Below are positions 1 to 12,821 of a stretch of DNA of 55,981 nt, piece by piece (the first letter of the stretch is position 1; the number at the start of each line of letters is the position of its first letter). Source of the DNA: Nemertoderma westbladi. Taxonomy: Eukaryota; Animalia; Xenacoelomorpha. Made by a program: the position numbers and the translations under genes. The notes beneath the pieces are model-generated. The model did no database searches. It was given only the letters and a program-made list of their open reading frames with translations, and was not told the DNA's origin. Location: positions 1 through 55,981 of the forward strand of contig JAUCBJ010000841.1 of assembly GCA_032718475.1 (NCBI GenBank), written 5' to 3'.

Positions 1-713
1 TGTGCGGTACCGATTAGGTCTGACCGGGTCTGATGTGGTAGCGATTAGGTTCGATGTGAACCCGATTGGGTCCGATGTGGTACCGATTTGGTCTGATGTG
101 GTACCCATTTGGTCCAATGTGGTACCCATTTGGTCCGATGTGGTACCCATATGGTCCGATATGGTACCCATTTGATCTGATTTGGTCCAATGTGGTACCG
201 ATTTGGTCCGATGTGGTACCGATGTGGTACCGATTGGGTTCGATGTGGTACCGATTGGGTCCGATGTGGTGCCCATAAGGTCCAATGTGATACCGATTAG
301 GTACCGATTGGGTCCGATGTGGTGCCGATTTGTTCCAATGGGGGTACCAATGTGGTACCGATTCACGATTGGGTCCGATGTGGTACCCATTTGGTCCAAT
401 GTGGTGCCCATTTGGTCCGATGTGGTACCCATATGGTCCGATATGGTACCCATTTGGTCCAATGTGGTACCGATTTGGTCCGATGTGGTACCGATTGGGT
501 CCGATGTGGTACCGATTGGGTCCGATGTGGTACCCATAAGGTCCAATGTGATACCGATTTGGTACCGATTGGGTCCGATGTGGTACCGATTGGGTCCGAT
601 GTGGCCCCGATGTGGTCCGATGTGGCCCTGATGTGGTCCGATGTGGCCCCGATGTGGTCCGATGTGGCCCCGATGTGGTCCGATGTGGTACCGATTGGGT
701 CCGAATTGGTACT
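1..713. repeat. 21-bp tandem array (GGTCCGATGTGGTACCGATTG-like), probably subterminal repeats of a non-autonomous DNA element
   Basis: About 30 degenerate copies, with shorter variants near 600-690. Same unit recurs at 1070-1172, 3750-4115 and 4875-4962. The ORFs here are repeat translations. Confidence 0.9.
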
Positions 714-919
714 GATTTTCTTATTATTTTGGTTAATGCAGCATACATGTAACTGTAAGCGTAACGTGTTATTTTACTTTAGTTTGTTTTATTTATTTAT
801 GTTTATTAATTTGGCATAATGATATAATGTAATACCAAAAAAAATACCAACATCTAGGAGGAGAAGAGTGTTTTGTACGCTTGATGACAATTGAATTCCC
901 AATAGACTGTATGGTTTAT

Positions 920-1172
920 GAATGCCATGGCAGTTTTATCACCGAACATCTAACTGTCAATCGAAAGAGACATTGTAGTAACACGATATGCGATCCGAGG
1001 ATTCAATCATGCAACATATTCTTCCACCAATCGGAATGGACTGTGGAGTCGTCTGGGATCTCTGGACCATGTGCGGTACCGATTAGGTCTGACCGGGTCT
1101 GATGTGGTAGCGATTCCGTCCGATGTGAACCCGATTGGATCCGATGTGGTACCGATTTGGACCGATGTGGTA
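920..1172. repeat. Dispersed copy of the same repeat family (unique segment plus short array)
   Basis: 1070-1115 repeats bases 1-46 (TGTGCGGTACCGATTAGGTCTGACCGGGTCTGATGTGGTAGCGATT). 920-988 is the approximate reverse complement of 3680-3747. Confidence 0.75.
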
Positions 1173-1835
1173 ACTCTATCCTACACACTTATTTTAATTT
1201 ATTTTGTGTATTTTACGATCACTATTCTAGGTACTTATTTTACATTGTATATCAGTATATTGCATACTTTCAGTACATATTTACTAATATTGTAATTAAT
1301 TGATATTGGACTTGTTTTATATCGTGTATACTGTATGTTAAGTTAATATTAAACTATGTTGATGGATTTTATTGTGTGTAAGTGATACTTTCACAAAAAT
1401 ATGTTAAAAATGGTTCCTACGTCCTGGTCATTCATTATTATTTAATTTTTACTTTATTAAACTTGGATTTGTCCCATACTGTATACTTCGCTAAACGGAC
1501 CCAAAGCACCCGGTTTCTACCTTTTCCTCATCCCAGAGGTTTTTCTATGGTGTTACAGTACACTATTTTTTATATGTCAGAAGGAAGCAATATACAGTAA
1601 CTATTTGGGAAGAACAGAAAATCACTGTGTTTTTGTACTATACTAAAAGGTTGTGGATGTCCGTAAATAACAAGTCATTGAAGGACCATGTTCTAGTGGA
1701 AAATATTTTATGTTAGCCGGAAAACCAAAACACTAAGCGAGGTAAAGCCTCGCTTAGTAAAACCTGGAACCTTTTTGAGATTCAAATCCGTTTTAGGGGC
1801 TTATCGTGCCAAGGAGCACGAGAAATCCATTACAC

Positions 1836-1962
1836 AAATGTCATGGGTGAAAGGGAGTTGTGGCGGGGCAATTTTGTCGACAAACCTGAACAGCATTCTT
1901 AATATATATGTAATATATATAATGCAGCTGCAATGCAGCATGCCGATCGTAGTAGTAGCTCT
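1836..1962 (+). mobile_element. Short 3' end of RTE-clade LINE (family B) with (TAG)n tail
   Basis: AAATGTCATGGGTGA..GGGAGTTGTGGCGG..AATGCAGCTGCAATGCAGCATGCCG..TAGTAGTAG matches the 3' ends at 36847-36946 (+) and 35000-35140 (-). Confidence 0.75.
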
Positions 1963-3678
1963 CTAAGCAATAATCCAAACGGAATGAACTCAATGAAGAT
2001 ACACTACTGTATAGAATATCAAGCTAACAGTCGGCCGAGGATGGAGGCGTCCCGAATTCTCCTCTTTCAATTGCTGCAACCCGAAGGTGGGGGTGGGTGG
2101 GCGCTTCTCCTTTCCCAAGTTTTGCTCCAAGTAAGTCAACTGGTCCGCATTTTATCGACCTGGAATGACCACAAAAACGACCAAGATTGCCTTAAACCAT
2201 GGCAAACTTAGTCAACTTAGCTGATCCTAGACTCTGTCAATCTTCTTGGCAAACGAGACAACTGTTGCATTGCTATTGCACACTTTATCTTGGATTTACA
2301 GTACTGTATATTTATTTACAGTATGAGTATTTTGCTTACAAAAGCTTATGTACTGTAGCAGTGTATATTTTCGTATCATAGAAGCAATGTTTCGATTATT
2401 GAGATGCTTCTATTGTGTGCCGGTTCGCACCCGTCACAGAGACATACAGTATATAGTATACGACATCGATTGGCATAGTATGGCAGGGCCCTAGACTTAC
2501 TACTGTACAAATTATTATAGTTACTTTTTAAAGTTTCATTTCCCAATTATTATAATGCAGTATGTTATTCTTTACATGAACCATTTCGACTCCCTACAGT
2601 ATCCCCAACTTGGCTAGACTTTGATTATTCTTTTTTGACTTCTGATTATGTAAATTATATTAATATGAGTTTTGGTACTTTTAGCAATTAGCTCTTTCGC
2701 ACAGGAAATTGTATGGCGCAGCACAACATGTGAAGGCCTTTCTGAACTTTGTTCCACGTGGTACCTACCTACGCCGCTGTTACATCCAGCGATGGAAAAC
2801 TAGCTACGATAAAGCCCAAATTGACAGGTGGTAAAAAGAAGGGGCAAAAGGCGCGTAAACGGACGGGGAAGAAGTAAATATAGTGTATAGGTCAACTTTA
2901 TACTGTATTATATGATATTATGTTCTGATTATAAAACTTATAAACTTCAAATAAAAACCACCTGTAACATTTAATTGAACTAGGCCTACGGTAAGTACAC
3001 TACACAGTATATGGCCCAAATTAAATTTGGATAAAATAAGAATTAATTTTATCGAAAGACCAGATCAGTGACCAACAAAATCATCATACTTTTGTAAAAG
3101 TAGCCCACTTAACAGAGTGTGTTATACAGTATATAAGCGAGGGTTATAATATACAGTCTTATTGAAACCTACTCAAAAGTATGTTATTAATAATTTAATA
3201 CAATTATAATAAATATATTTTACGAAATTCTACTAAAAATACTTTAAAATTTGTTATCTTTGCTTTTTGTGCCGGGCCGGAAATGAGTAAAATCAATGCA
3301 ATATTTTTTCCTTAGGGAAAATAGTGCCCATCTCGTTATTAATCGATAATTTTCTCAGCGCAAAAACTATGTAAAAAATATAAATAAATGTATAACTAGA
3401 GTAATGTATAATAATATGAAATACAGTATAAATAATATGCAATGATCTGGGATTGTTTGAGAAATAAATTATATAAGAAATTGAAAATATTTATTTACTT
3501 CCTAAGTAAAAACGCAGCGACATGCGCACACCACAATAGATTAAAACAATTCCAACGGTCAATAATGGCTGATAGTGGCCGTAACTAAATAATATAATAT
3601 ATATTATCTATAATTTGATCTTCAAAAAGTTGATAATTTATAATTAGATAAAATGTACTGTGTAGGAGGCCTACAGTA

Positions 3679-4115
3679 CATCGTGTTACTACAATGTCTT
3701 TTTCAATTGACAGTTAGATGTTCGATGATAAAACGCCATGGCATTCGTTGGTACCCATTAGGACTAGATGTGGTACCGATTTGGTCCGATGTGGTACCGA
3801 TTGGGTCCGATGTGGTACCGATTGGGTCCGATGTGGTACCGATTGGGTCCGATGTGGTACCGATTGGGTCCGATGTGGTACCGATTGGGTCCGATGTGGT
3901 ACCGATTGGGTCCGATGTGGTACCGATTGGGTCCGATGTCGTACCCATTAGGTCCGATGTGGTACCGATTGGTCCGATTGGTCCGATGTGGTACCGATTT
4001 GGTCCGATGTGGTACCGATTGGGTCCGATGTGGTACCGATTGGGTCCGATGTCGTACCCATTAGGTCCGATGTGGTACCGATTTGGTCCGATGTGGTACC
4101 GATTGGGACCGATGT
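3679..4115. repeat. 21-bp tandem array with flanking unique segment of the same family as 1-713
   Basis: Near-perfect GGTCCGATGTGGTACCGATTG copies at 3768-4112. Confidence 0.9.
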
Positions 4116-4249
4116 ATGAACGTTGTTAACGTTTAAAGTTGGAACATAACCAGATAACAGAACATCAGAATAACAGCATCAAAGGCTTCACTAACTCTCA
4201 GCCAAAGGTGTGGTACTACATATTTGCTCAGCTCAAAATTATTCAGATA

Positions 4250-4494
4250 GGGGGGGGGGGGGGGGGGGGGAACTGGACGCAATAAACATTCCTCCCTCTC
4301 CAGGGGAAATTCGACGCAAATAACAGATGATTAATATCAAAAATAATAATTGTGTTTAGTTTATTGTTTTGGTTAATATAACGTGCCACTGCAACCTGCT
4401 CCTTTCCCTAAATTGAGAATATAACATTGAGGCGGGATATTAATTCGCCAAGATGGGATTTGCGTCCAGTTCCCCCCCCCCCCCCCCCCCCCCG
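4250..4494. mobile_element. MITE with poly-G/poly-C terminal inverted repeats
   Basis: G-run+AACTGGACGCAA ... TTGCGTCCAGTT+C-run. Related internal sequence at about 5265-5405 and in reverse orientation at 34535-34789. Confidence 0.7.
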
Positions 4495-4874
4495 TTTCAA
4501 ATTATTTCAAACAATGCATTGATAACGTTTTCTCTTTCAAACTTCTTGCCTTCCCTTCCGCAGACTGGAGAACTGAAGATTGTCTCTAGTGCATGTGTTA
4601 TATATCAGTCAGTCAGTAAGTACAGTATAGTATAGTATAATTATACAAATACAATAACTGCCAAGCTCATTGTGTATACCTGCAGACGGGTACTGTACTG
4701 TATAAGTAGGGGCAATAGTCTCTGCATTAGATATTCTAGTATCTAGTACCTACTGCAGTGCAGTACCGGTTACCAGCCTGACCTGTTGTCAGAAAGACTA
4801 ACAATTACTGAATTACTGATACGAGTTTGGTCAGTTGGTGCTGGAACTTGTTATTTACATCCTAAATTGCTATT

Positions 4875-4962
4875 TGTGGCCGATGTGGCTCCGATGTGGC
4901 CCCGATGTGGTCCGATGTGGCCCCGATGTGGTCCGATGTGGTACCGATTGGGTCCGATGTGG
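4875..4962. repeat. Short array of the GGTCCGATGTGG repeat family
   Basis: Tandem CCGATGTGG(T/C)-based units. Confidence 0.8.
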
Positions 4963-6326
4963 CTTTTAGACGGACCCGGTTAAGGTTGAAAGCTGGCTGC
5001 ATAGAAATCATGGAAATGACATTTAATAACTAACCCGCAATCTTCAGATCTTTAATCACAATCTTTAAAAATAAACAAGAATCTGTAAATTATTTAAAGA
5101 ACACAAATCATTGTTATATTATATCCACATGCAATTTCGGAACTCAATATCAATACAATTTATGAACCACAAAAGATTAGGACTAGTCACTAGTGCAATA
5201 TAATATATATTATAATGGCTGAATGGTATGAAATGAATGATTCAGAACAGACTACTCAATAAAATTGCATCCCTCTCCATGGGAAATTGGACACAATTAA
5301 CAGTTGATTACTCTCAAAAATTAAACTGTAACCTGTTCTATTGTGTATTGTGTTTAGTTTATTGTTTTGGTTAAAATAATGTGCCTTTGTAACCTGCTCA
5401 TTTCCAGAAGGAATCCGTAATTAAATATCCCATTTTTCACTTCATCAGTTGTCCAGTTTAAAATATAAAGCTATAATAATTAAAATTGATGTTGGATCAA
5501 TTAAACAGATTTAATAATAAACCTTCAACATCAAATCGTCTTATATATTTATACTACTGGTATAATATTATATGTCAAATTTGGAATGTCATGTCAAATT
5601 TGAATCTTGCAGAATTTAAAACGTAATTATTTCAAAAAATTCTTGGTGAATTTCAATTACCCCTGGTGAAAATGTTCAAATGGCAAATTAATGTCTACAT
5701 ATAAAAATTCAGATGCCCAATTAAATAATTGAACTCCCAAAGCACTTTTTCTCTTTTTCCATGTCAAATTTAGCATGAAATGTCAAATTTGAAAAGCAAA
5801 ATGTCAAATTTGACATAATGTCAAATTAAGCTAGGAACCAGACTGCCTGTAGCGCTGTAGGCATAGGCCTACGGTCAGACTGCAGGAAGGTAGCGGTAGG
5901 CAGGTAGGCATATATTATCATAAAATTATTTTATTTACTTAGGCTGTTAGGAGTTAGGCGTTAGGACTATGGACTATGTCTGTCAGTCTGTCTGTATATA
6001 GGATAGGCCTACTGATATACCGGTACAGTTTCAGTTCAGTAGTTAGGCCATACTGCCATAGGCCCTACTTTATTTGTATTTCTGTACTATTCGTAATTCG
6101 TAAACGATACCTAACTGTATAGGCCTAACTTGCCAATGCTTACAGGTACCGATCAGCCGATACCGTATCCCGTATCTGCTTATAGGCTAACCTTTATCTT
6201 TCAATTTACTGATTTATAGGCTATATAATAGCTCAGCATCAGCTGTATAGCAGTATAGGATAGGCCTAGTACAGTAGTATATATTTCAAAACTGTCAACA
6301 TAGTTACATGTACATGATTGCGTGAT

Positions 6327-7532
6327 ATGGCGGCAAAGTTTCAGTACGATGAGAGCGGTGGTACAACTTACTACTTCCTTGCCGCGTTCGCCGGCATTAT
6401 CCTTCTCCCTCTCACCTATTACTACTGGCCCTCGTCCCCCAAGAAGGAGGACCAAAAGAAAAACCTGTGTCACTGCGCGCCGTGCGAAGCTAAACGAAAA
6501 GCCGCTAAAAAACACAACCCCTACGAAACGACGCGGCGTCTCTTCGTGCAATGTGCGTTCGCTGCCGGTTGGCTGCTGTTCGCCTTCCTCGCATACAAAG
6601 CTTCTTTAGTAGAGCGTGATTGGGTAGAATACGATCCCTGGGAGGTCCTACAGATATCGCCGGACGCCGAGCCCAGCGCCATCCGACGGGCCTACCGAGA
6701 ACTCTCTAGGCGATACCATCCGGACAAACCGGAAGGCGACGATAAAATATTTATGCGAATAGCGAAAGCGTACGCGGCGTTAACGGACGAAGACACCCGA
6801 AGGAACTGGGAGGAGTTTGGTAACCCGGACGGGCCAACAGCCACCAGTTTCGGGATCGCTTTACCGTCATGGATCGTAGATAAGGAGAACTCCTCATTGG
6901 TTCTACTCGCCTATATAGTCGCGTTTATGGTGATTCTTCCGTTAGTCGTAGGTATTTGGTGGTACAACAGCCTCAAGTACGCCGGCGATAAGGTTTTAGT
7001 AGACACCACTCGACTCTATTGCGTCTTCATTAATCGGACTCCCAATATGGATCTTAAACGGATTATAATGATTCTCGCTGCTTCCTGGGAGTTTCATCGC
7101 TACTTTAATCCGGAAATTAAACCGCGTCCAACCGACGCCACCGAGGTTCCCCAACTCCTCCGCCGCTGGCCGGCCCTCGGTAAGGTCCACACGCGCCCCT
7201 TCAATAACCCCTTCGCTATAAAAACTCGCGCGTTGTTACTGGCGCATATCGAGCGGGTCCCGTTGCCCCCGGAGAGTCTGGACCTTGACAGACTCTACGC
7301 CTTGCGGAAGTCGGGATTCCTCATACAGGAGATGATCCAGATGGCCACCCAGATCTACGTCATGTCCAACATGGGTCACCAGGGATACCACGCGCCCAAA
7401 CTGCAGTTGTTCGAGTCCATGATGAAACTCAGTCAGATGTTGGTGCAAGCGGTACCGGAGAATAAATCGCCGTTGTTACAGTTACCGGGGGTCCATTCCG
7501 ATATGCTGCGGCTATTCTTCGTTAATAAACGA
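6327..7532 (+). CDS. SEC63: Translocation protein SEC63, exon 1 (TM helices, J-domain, start of Sec63/Brl domain)
   Basis: MAAKFQYDESGGTTYYF N-terminus typical of SEC63; J-domain YDPWEVL...YHPDK...IAKAYAALTD; following FGNPDGP..TSFGIALPSWIV motif. Ends at donor CGA|GTGAGT (7533), phase 0. Confidence 0.95.
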
Positions 7533-8296
7533 GTGAGTTAACTTCCGATGCTAAATTAACTTCAAAATAGGAGTAGATCACATAGTAATATTACACAAAA
7601 GGTGAGGGTAGCCGCACTCAACTCAGCAGTAGCGAAATCCATAATAGGGCCCCGAGAATTTTGATAAAGTTCGAAACAATTTCGAATTCTTGCAAAATTA
7701 TGTAGACGTAGTTAATACATGCAGTTAATCTGAATTTTTGTGATAAGTACGAGGTCGCCTGTCAGATAAAAGATTTTCTAGAATATTTTGTAAATAAATT
7801 GATAGCTTCATGCAGTCGAAATCGTGGAATTTACTAATGCCAAATTTCAACTAAGGTGTCTAGGTTTACCCCAAATAAATCAATCATTGCGGTTCGAATC
7901 AGACTAAGGAAAGAGCTATAGGGCGTACCGGAAGTTGGCCATTTGACCAAACTTAGGGATATGAGGCGCTCATGCCACACACCCGCATCACTTATAATCC
8001 TTCCACTCAGGCACGGCACGGCACGGTATGTCTTCCATAACATATCCGCTAGAAAAGTTTGATATTGCGTTCTTACTTTCATATGACTTCACAACAAAGT
8101 TTCGAAATTCCATCTGAATAGTTGTTAAAAACAAAGCGCCACTTTTGGGGCAGTTGCGAGTTCTATGCAGGATGTGAATTTTAAATGTAAACCAATTTTT
8201 TCATTATTACTTTTTTTTTAAAAGCGCCTCATTTCAACACGTTTCCCTTTTTTCGCATATTTCATAATTAACTTAAAATTTATTTGTTTTTTTTAG

Positions 8297-9406
8297 GTCA
8301 GTATAAAGTCTCTCCGTCAGTTGGCCTCCTTAAAGGACGAGGAACGCCGGCGGATGCTTCGGAATCTTAACGACATGGAATACAGAAACCTTATGGTTGT
8401 CCTTGGCAACATGCCGTTGGTAGACATGGCAACGAGGGTCGAGGTACTGGACGAGGACGACAAGGAGACTGTCAGTGCCGGGGCCGTGGTCACGTTAACG
8501 GTCACACTGACCCGAACATCGATGGACAGTCTGTTCGATAAAGACCCGGTGCGGTACACGGCCGACGATATTGCGGACCGGATCCCGGAAGCGGAACCGG
8601 ATGCGGAGTCGTTAGGTGACGATAAGGAGAACGTAGTCGCCAAAGAGACCAGCAAGAAGTTGTGGCAGAAGCCGAGCAAAGGGGGAAAAAAGGCGAAAAC
8701 AGCGAAACCGAAGAAAAAAATACAGAAAGTAGCGAAAAAAGGCGATGAAACTTCCAATAAATTGGCTGGTGGCGGTAAGAATGGCGATAAAGCTGATAAA
8801 TCTAGCGACAACGTGAAGAAACCCGACAATAATGCGGATACTGGGAAGTCAGATCGCGCGGAAAGCGACACGGAAAGCCGTAGTGACGTCACCGATGGCG
8901 AATCGGGGGCGGATGATGCGGTTGTCGGAAACGGAGATGTCCCGCGAGACGCGGATAACAACGAGGACGACGACCCCGACGATGATTGGGACGATATCAA
9001 CGCGATGCAGCGGAAGAAAGACGCCGCCCTCGAGCCCAAGTGTAAGCTGACCCACGAGGTACATTGCCCCCACTACCCGGAGGTTAAACAGGAGTGGTAC
9101 TGGTTGTACGTGGCAGACCGAAAGAGTCAGAGACTCGTCTCCATGCCCAACCATGTGGTAACCTTGCGAGACAAGGAGGAGGTGAGGTTGCAGTTCCAGG
9201 CGCCTCCTCGTCCCGGTAAACTCGTCTACCAGGTGTGTCTCCGGTCCGACTCTTACATGGACGTCGATGTGGTACAGACCATCAAGCTGGATGTGAAGGA
9301 GGCCACCAAGGTAGACTACCAGGCCCAGTGGGATATATCCGAGGACGAAGACAAGGCAGGGGAATCCGAGTACACCGACACAGAGGATGATGACTCGGAT
9401 GATTAA
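8297..9406 (+). CDS. SEC63: SEC63 exon 2 (Brl domain C-terminal part, acidic tail)
   Basis: Acceptor TTTTTTTTAG|GTC at 8295-8296, in frame with exon 1 (VSIKSLRQLASLKDEERR). Motifs THEVHCPHYPEVKQEWYWLYVAD and CLRSDSYMDVD; acidic C-terminus; stop TAA at 9404-9406. Joined CDS is 771 aa. Confidence 0.95.
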   Translation, partial: VSIKSLRQLASLKDEERRRMLRNLNDMEYRNLMVVLGNMPLVDMATRVEVLDEDDKETVSAGAVVTLTVTLTRTSMDSLFDKDPVRYTADDIADRIPEAEPDAESLGDDKENVVAKETSKKLWQKPSKGGKKAKTAKPKKKIQKVAKKGDETSNKLAGGGKNGDKADKSSDNVKKPDNNADTGKSDRAESDTESRSDVTDGESGADDAVVGNGDVPRDADNNEDDDPDDDWDDINAMQRKKDAALEPKCKLTHEVHCPHYPEVKQEWYWLYVADRKSQRLVSMPNHVVTLRDKEEVRLQFQAPPRPGKLVYQVCLRSDSYMDVDVVQTIKLDVKEATKVDYQAQWDISEDEDKAGESEYTDTEDDDSDD

Positions 9407-10199
9407 AGGAAGACAGGCATGCGGTCGTCCTGGGAGTGCGGGGGGAGGGGGGAGTCATTCACCCTTCCTATGTCCCACTAACTTCAGGCATTTAAATTCT
9501 AAATGTGTGAAAGGTGATAGTTGCACGACATTGATTGATGGGGGACAGTGTGAGTGGTTGGGGTGAATGTCGATGGACTATTTGTGCGCCAGTGAGCGCA
9601 TAAATCCTGGATTCTCTGTTTATTTAACAGAGACAATCAATTATTTTTCAAGATCTTAGTAAAGTTGCAGTTTTCTTTTTTCCTTGTGAGTTTCTATTAA
9701 TGTTTCGACTATTCGTTGTAAGTCGTGTTCAGTCTGTAAATCATTAAACAATGAGTGCTCGCCAACATTTGTGATCGTGGTATATTTATTGTTCGTTTTA
9801 GTTGTGGTGCAATCGAAGACATATATTTGGTATTTATTTCAGATCAACTGTTCATATTTATTAATAAACGTCGTGGCTCATTGATATATTTATATTATTT
9901 GCTTTTCCCACTCCTTCTCATCTCAATCTTCTTATTTTTATTTAATATTTTATCGAAGTCGGCGTGTCGTTCCATTAGTAATATTTTATGACTACCTGAT
10001 TCGATTTCATTATCTGCTTTGCGGGGTCAGAAACACAATAGCTCTCTGGACACAATAACAAACAAACTTTCTGGTGGACTACCCCCTGTCAAGTCTCGCA
10101 TTTTCCTGTCGAGCCCCGGTTCCATAGTTCACCAGTTCCATGTAGTTCATCAGTTCCCTATCGTTCCGTATTTCACTATCATTCCGCTGTTCCCTATTA

Positions 10200-12645
10200 T
10201 TCCCCAGTTACCCAGTTTTCTGTCCTTCCCCAGTTCCCTATCATCCCCACAGTTCCCCAGTTTTCTGTCCTTCCCCAATTCCCTATAGGACCTCAGTTTT
10301 CTGTCCTTCCCCAATTCCCTATAGGCCCCCTGAGTTTTATGTCCTTCCCCCAGTTCCCTATTGTCTCCCCAGCTCCCTATTATCCCTCCAGTTCCCCAGT
10401 TTTCTGTCCTTCCCCCAATTCCCTATAGGCCCCCAGTTTTCTGTCCTTCCCCCAATTCCCTATAGGCCCCCAGTTTTCTGTCATTCCCCAATTCCCTATA
10501 GGCCCCCTGAGTTTTCTGTGCTTCCCCAGTTCCCTATTGTCTCCCCAGCTCCCTATTGTCCCTCCAGTTCCCCAGTTTTCTGTCCTTCCCCCAATTCCCT
10601 ATAGGCCCCCCAGTTTTCTGTACTTCCCCCAATTCCCTATAGGCCCCCGGTTTTCTGTCCTTCCCCAATTCCCTATAGGCCCCCTGAGTTTTATGTCCTT
10701 CCCCCAGTTCCCTATTGTCTCCCCAGCTCCCTATTGTCCCTCCAGTTCCCCAGTTTTCTGTCCTTCCCCCAATTCCCTATAGGCCCCCAGTTCTCTGTCC
10801 TTCCCCCAATTCCCTATATGCCCCCAGTTTTCTGCCCCCCCCCCCCCAATTCCCTATAGGTCCCCAGTTTTCTGTCCTTCCCCCCCAGTTCCCTATTGTC
10901 TCCCCGGATCCCTATTGTCCCTCCAGTTCCCCAGTTCTCTGTCCTTCCCCAATTCCCTATAGGCCCCCAGTTTTCTGTCCTTCCCCAATTCCCTATAGGC
11001 CCCCTGAGTTTTATGTCCTTCCCCCAGTTCCCTATTGTCTCCCCAGCTCCCTATTATCCCTCCAGTTCCCCAGTTTTCTGTCCTTCCCCAATTCCCTATA
11101 GGCCCCCAGTTTTCTGTCCTTCCCCAATTCCCTATAGGCCCCCGGTTCTATGTCCTTCCCCCAATTCCCTATAGGCCCCCGGTTTTCTGTCCTTCCCCCA
11201 ATTCCCTATAGGCCCCCAGTTTTCTGTCCTTCCCCCAATTGCCTATAGGCCCCCAGTTTTCTGTCCTTCCCCAGTTCCCTATTGTCCCTCCAGTTCTCCA
11301 GTTTTCTGTCCTTCCCCCAATTCCCTATAGGCCCCCAGTTTTCTGTCCTTCCCAAATTCCCTATAGGCCCCCAGTTTTCTGTCCTTCCCCCCAGTTCCCT
11401 ATTGTCTCCCCAGATCCCTATTGTCCCCCAGTTCCCCAGTTTTCTGTCCTTCCCCCAATTGCCTATAGGCCCCCGGTTTTCTGTCCTTCCCCCAATTCCC
11501 TATAGGCCCCCGGTTTTCTGTCCTTCCCCCAATTCCCTATAGGTCCCCAGTTTTCTGTCCTTCCCCCCAGTTCCCTATTGTCTCCCCGGATCCCTATTGT
11601 CCCTCCAGTTCCCCAGTTTTCTGTCCTTCCCCAATTCCCTATAGGCCCCCAGTTTTCTGTCCTTCCCCAATTCCCTATAGGCCCCCTGAGTTTTATGTCC
11701 TTCTCCCAGTTCCCTATTGTCTCCCCAGATCCCTATTGTCCCTCCAGTTCCCCAGTTTTCTGTCCTTCCCAAATTCCCTATAGGCCCTCACTTTTCTGTC
11801 CTTCCCCCAGTTCCCTATTGTCTCCCCAGATCCCTATTGTCCCTCCAGTTCCCCAGTTTTCTGTCCTTCCCCAATTCCCTATAGGCCCTCAGTTTTCTGT
11901 CCTTCCCCCAATTCCCTATAGGCCCCCAGTTTTCTGTCCTTCCCCCAATTGCCTATAGGCCCCCAGTTTTCTGTCCTTCCCCAGTTCCCTATTGTCTCCC
12001 CAGATCGCTATTGTCCCTCCAGTTCTCCAGTTTTCTGTCCTTCCCCCAATTCCCTATAGGCCCCCAGTTTTCTGTCCTTCCCCCAATTGCCTATAGGCCC
12101 CCAGTTTTCTGTCCTTCCCCAGTTCCCTATTGTCTCCCCAGATCCCTATTGTCCCTCCAGTTCTCCAGTTTTCTGTCCTTCCCCCAATTCCCTATAGGCC
12201 CCCAGTTTTCTGTCCTTCCCCCAATTGCCTATAGGCCCCCAGTTTTCTGTCCTTCCCCAGTTCCCTATTGTCTCCCCAGATCCCTATTGTCCCTCCAGTT
12301 CTCCAGTTTTCTGTCCTTCCCCCAATTCCCTATAGGCCCCCAGTTTTCTGTCCTTCCCCCAATTGCCTATAGGCACCCAGTTTTCTGTCCTTCCCCAATT
12401 CCCTATAGGCCCTCAGTTTTCTGTCCTTCCCCCAATTCCCTATAGGCCCCCAGTTTTCTGTCCTTCCCCCAATTGCCTATAGGCCCCCAGTTTTCTGTCC
12501 TTCCCCAGTTCCCTATTGTCTCCCCGGATCCCTATTGTCCCTCCAGTTTTCTGTCCTTCCCCAATTCCCTATAGGCCCTCAGTTTTCTGTCCTTCCCCCA
12601 ATTCCCTATAGGCCCTCAGTTTTCTGTCCTTCCCCCAATTCCCTA
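10200..12645. repeat. Pyrimidine-rich ~37-bp minisatellite (CCCCAGTTTTCTGTCCTTCCCCCAATTCCCTATAGGC) with interspersed longer variant
   Basis: Dozens of copies with a CCTATAGG palindrome; periodic insertion of CCCTATTGTCTCCCCAG.TCCCTATTGTCCCTCCAGTT; degenerate units start near 10130. Confidence 0.95.
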
Positions 12646-12821
12646 TATATCATGTTCTGCTTCTGTTTTCTTCTGTAAATTCGGTTATTCTGTAAATAGA
12701 GAAATAAAATAGGACCATACAAAATTCGTATTTTATTGAAATAGTATATGAAGAACTTTAAGGAGCAATTCTAACTTTCTAAACACTTACATTTCTACTT
12801 GACTGAAAACCAAAACTATTT

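Noticed and set aside
14-819. Overlapping ORFs with heptapeptide repeats
   Set aside because: Translations of the 21-bp tandem repeat. The same applies to ORFs at 3653-4129, 10019-12445, 12779-13070 and 40118-40579.
1990-2880. GC-richer patches with a basic open stretch (KPKLTGGKKKGQKARKRTGKK*)
   Set aside because: Frames are interrupted by stops and no family motif was recognised. Possibly a TE remnant, but it cannot be supported.
6318-6326. ORF-track start at TTG 6318 and separate ORF start at 8321
   Set aside because: Artefacts of alternative start codons. The ATG at 6327 matches the conserved SEC63 N-terminus and 8321 lies within exon 2.
8317-9154. Antisense ORFs over SEC63 (also over EHD, LINE ORF2 and gag)
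   Set aside because: Shadow frames of real coding sequence with no independent motifs.
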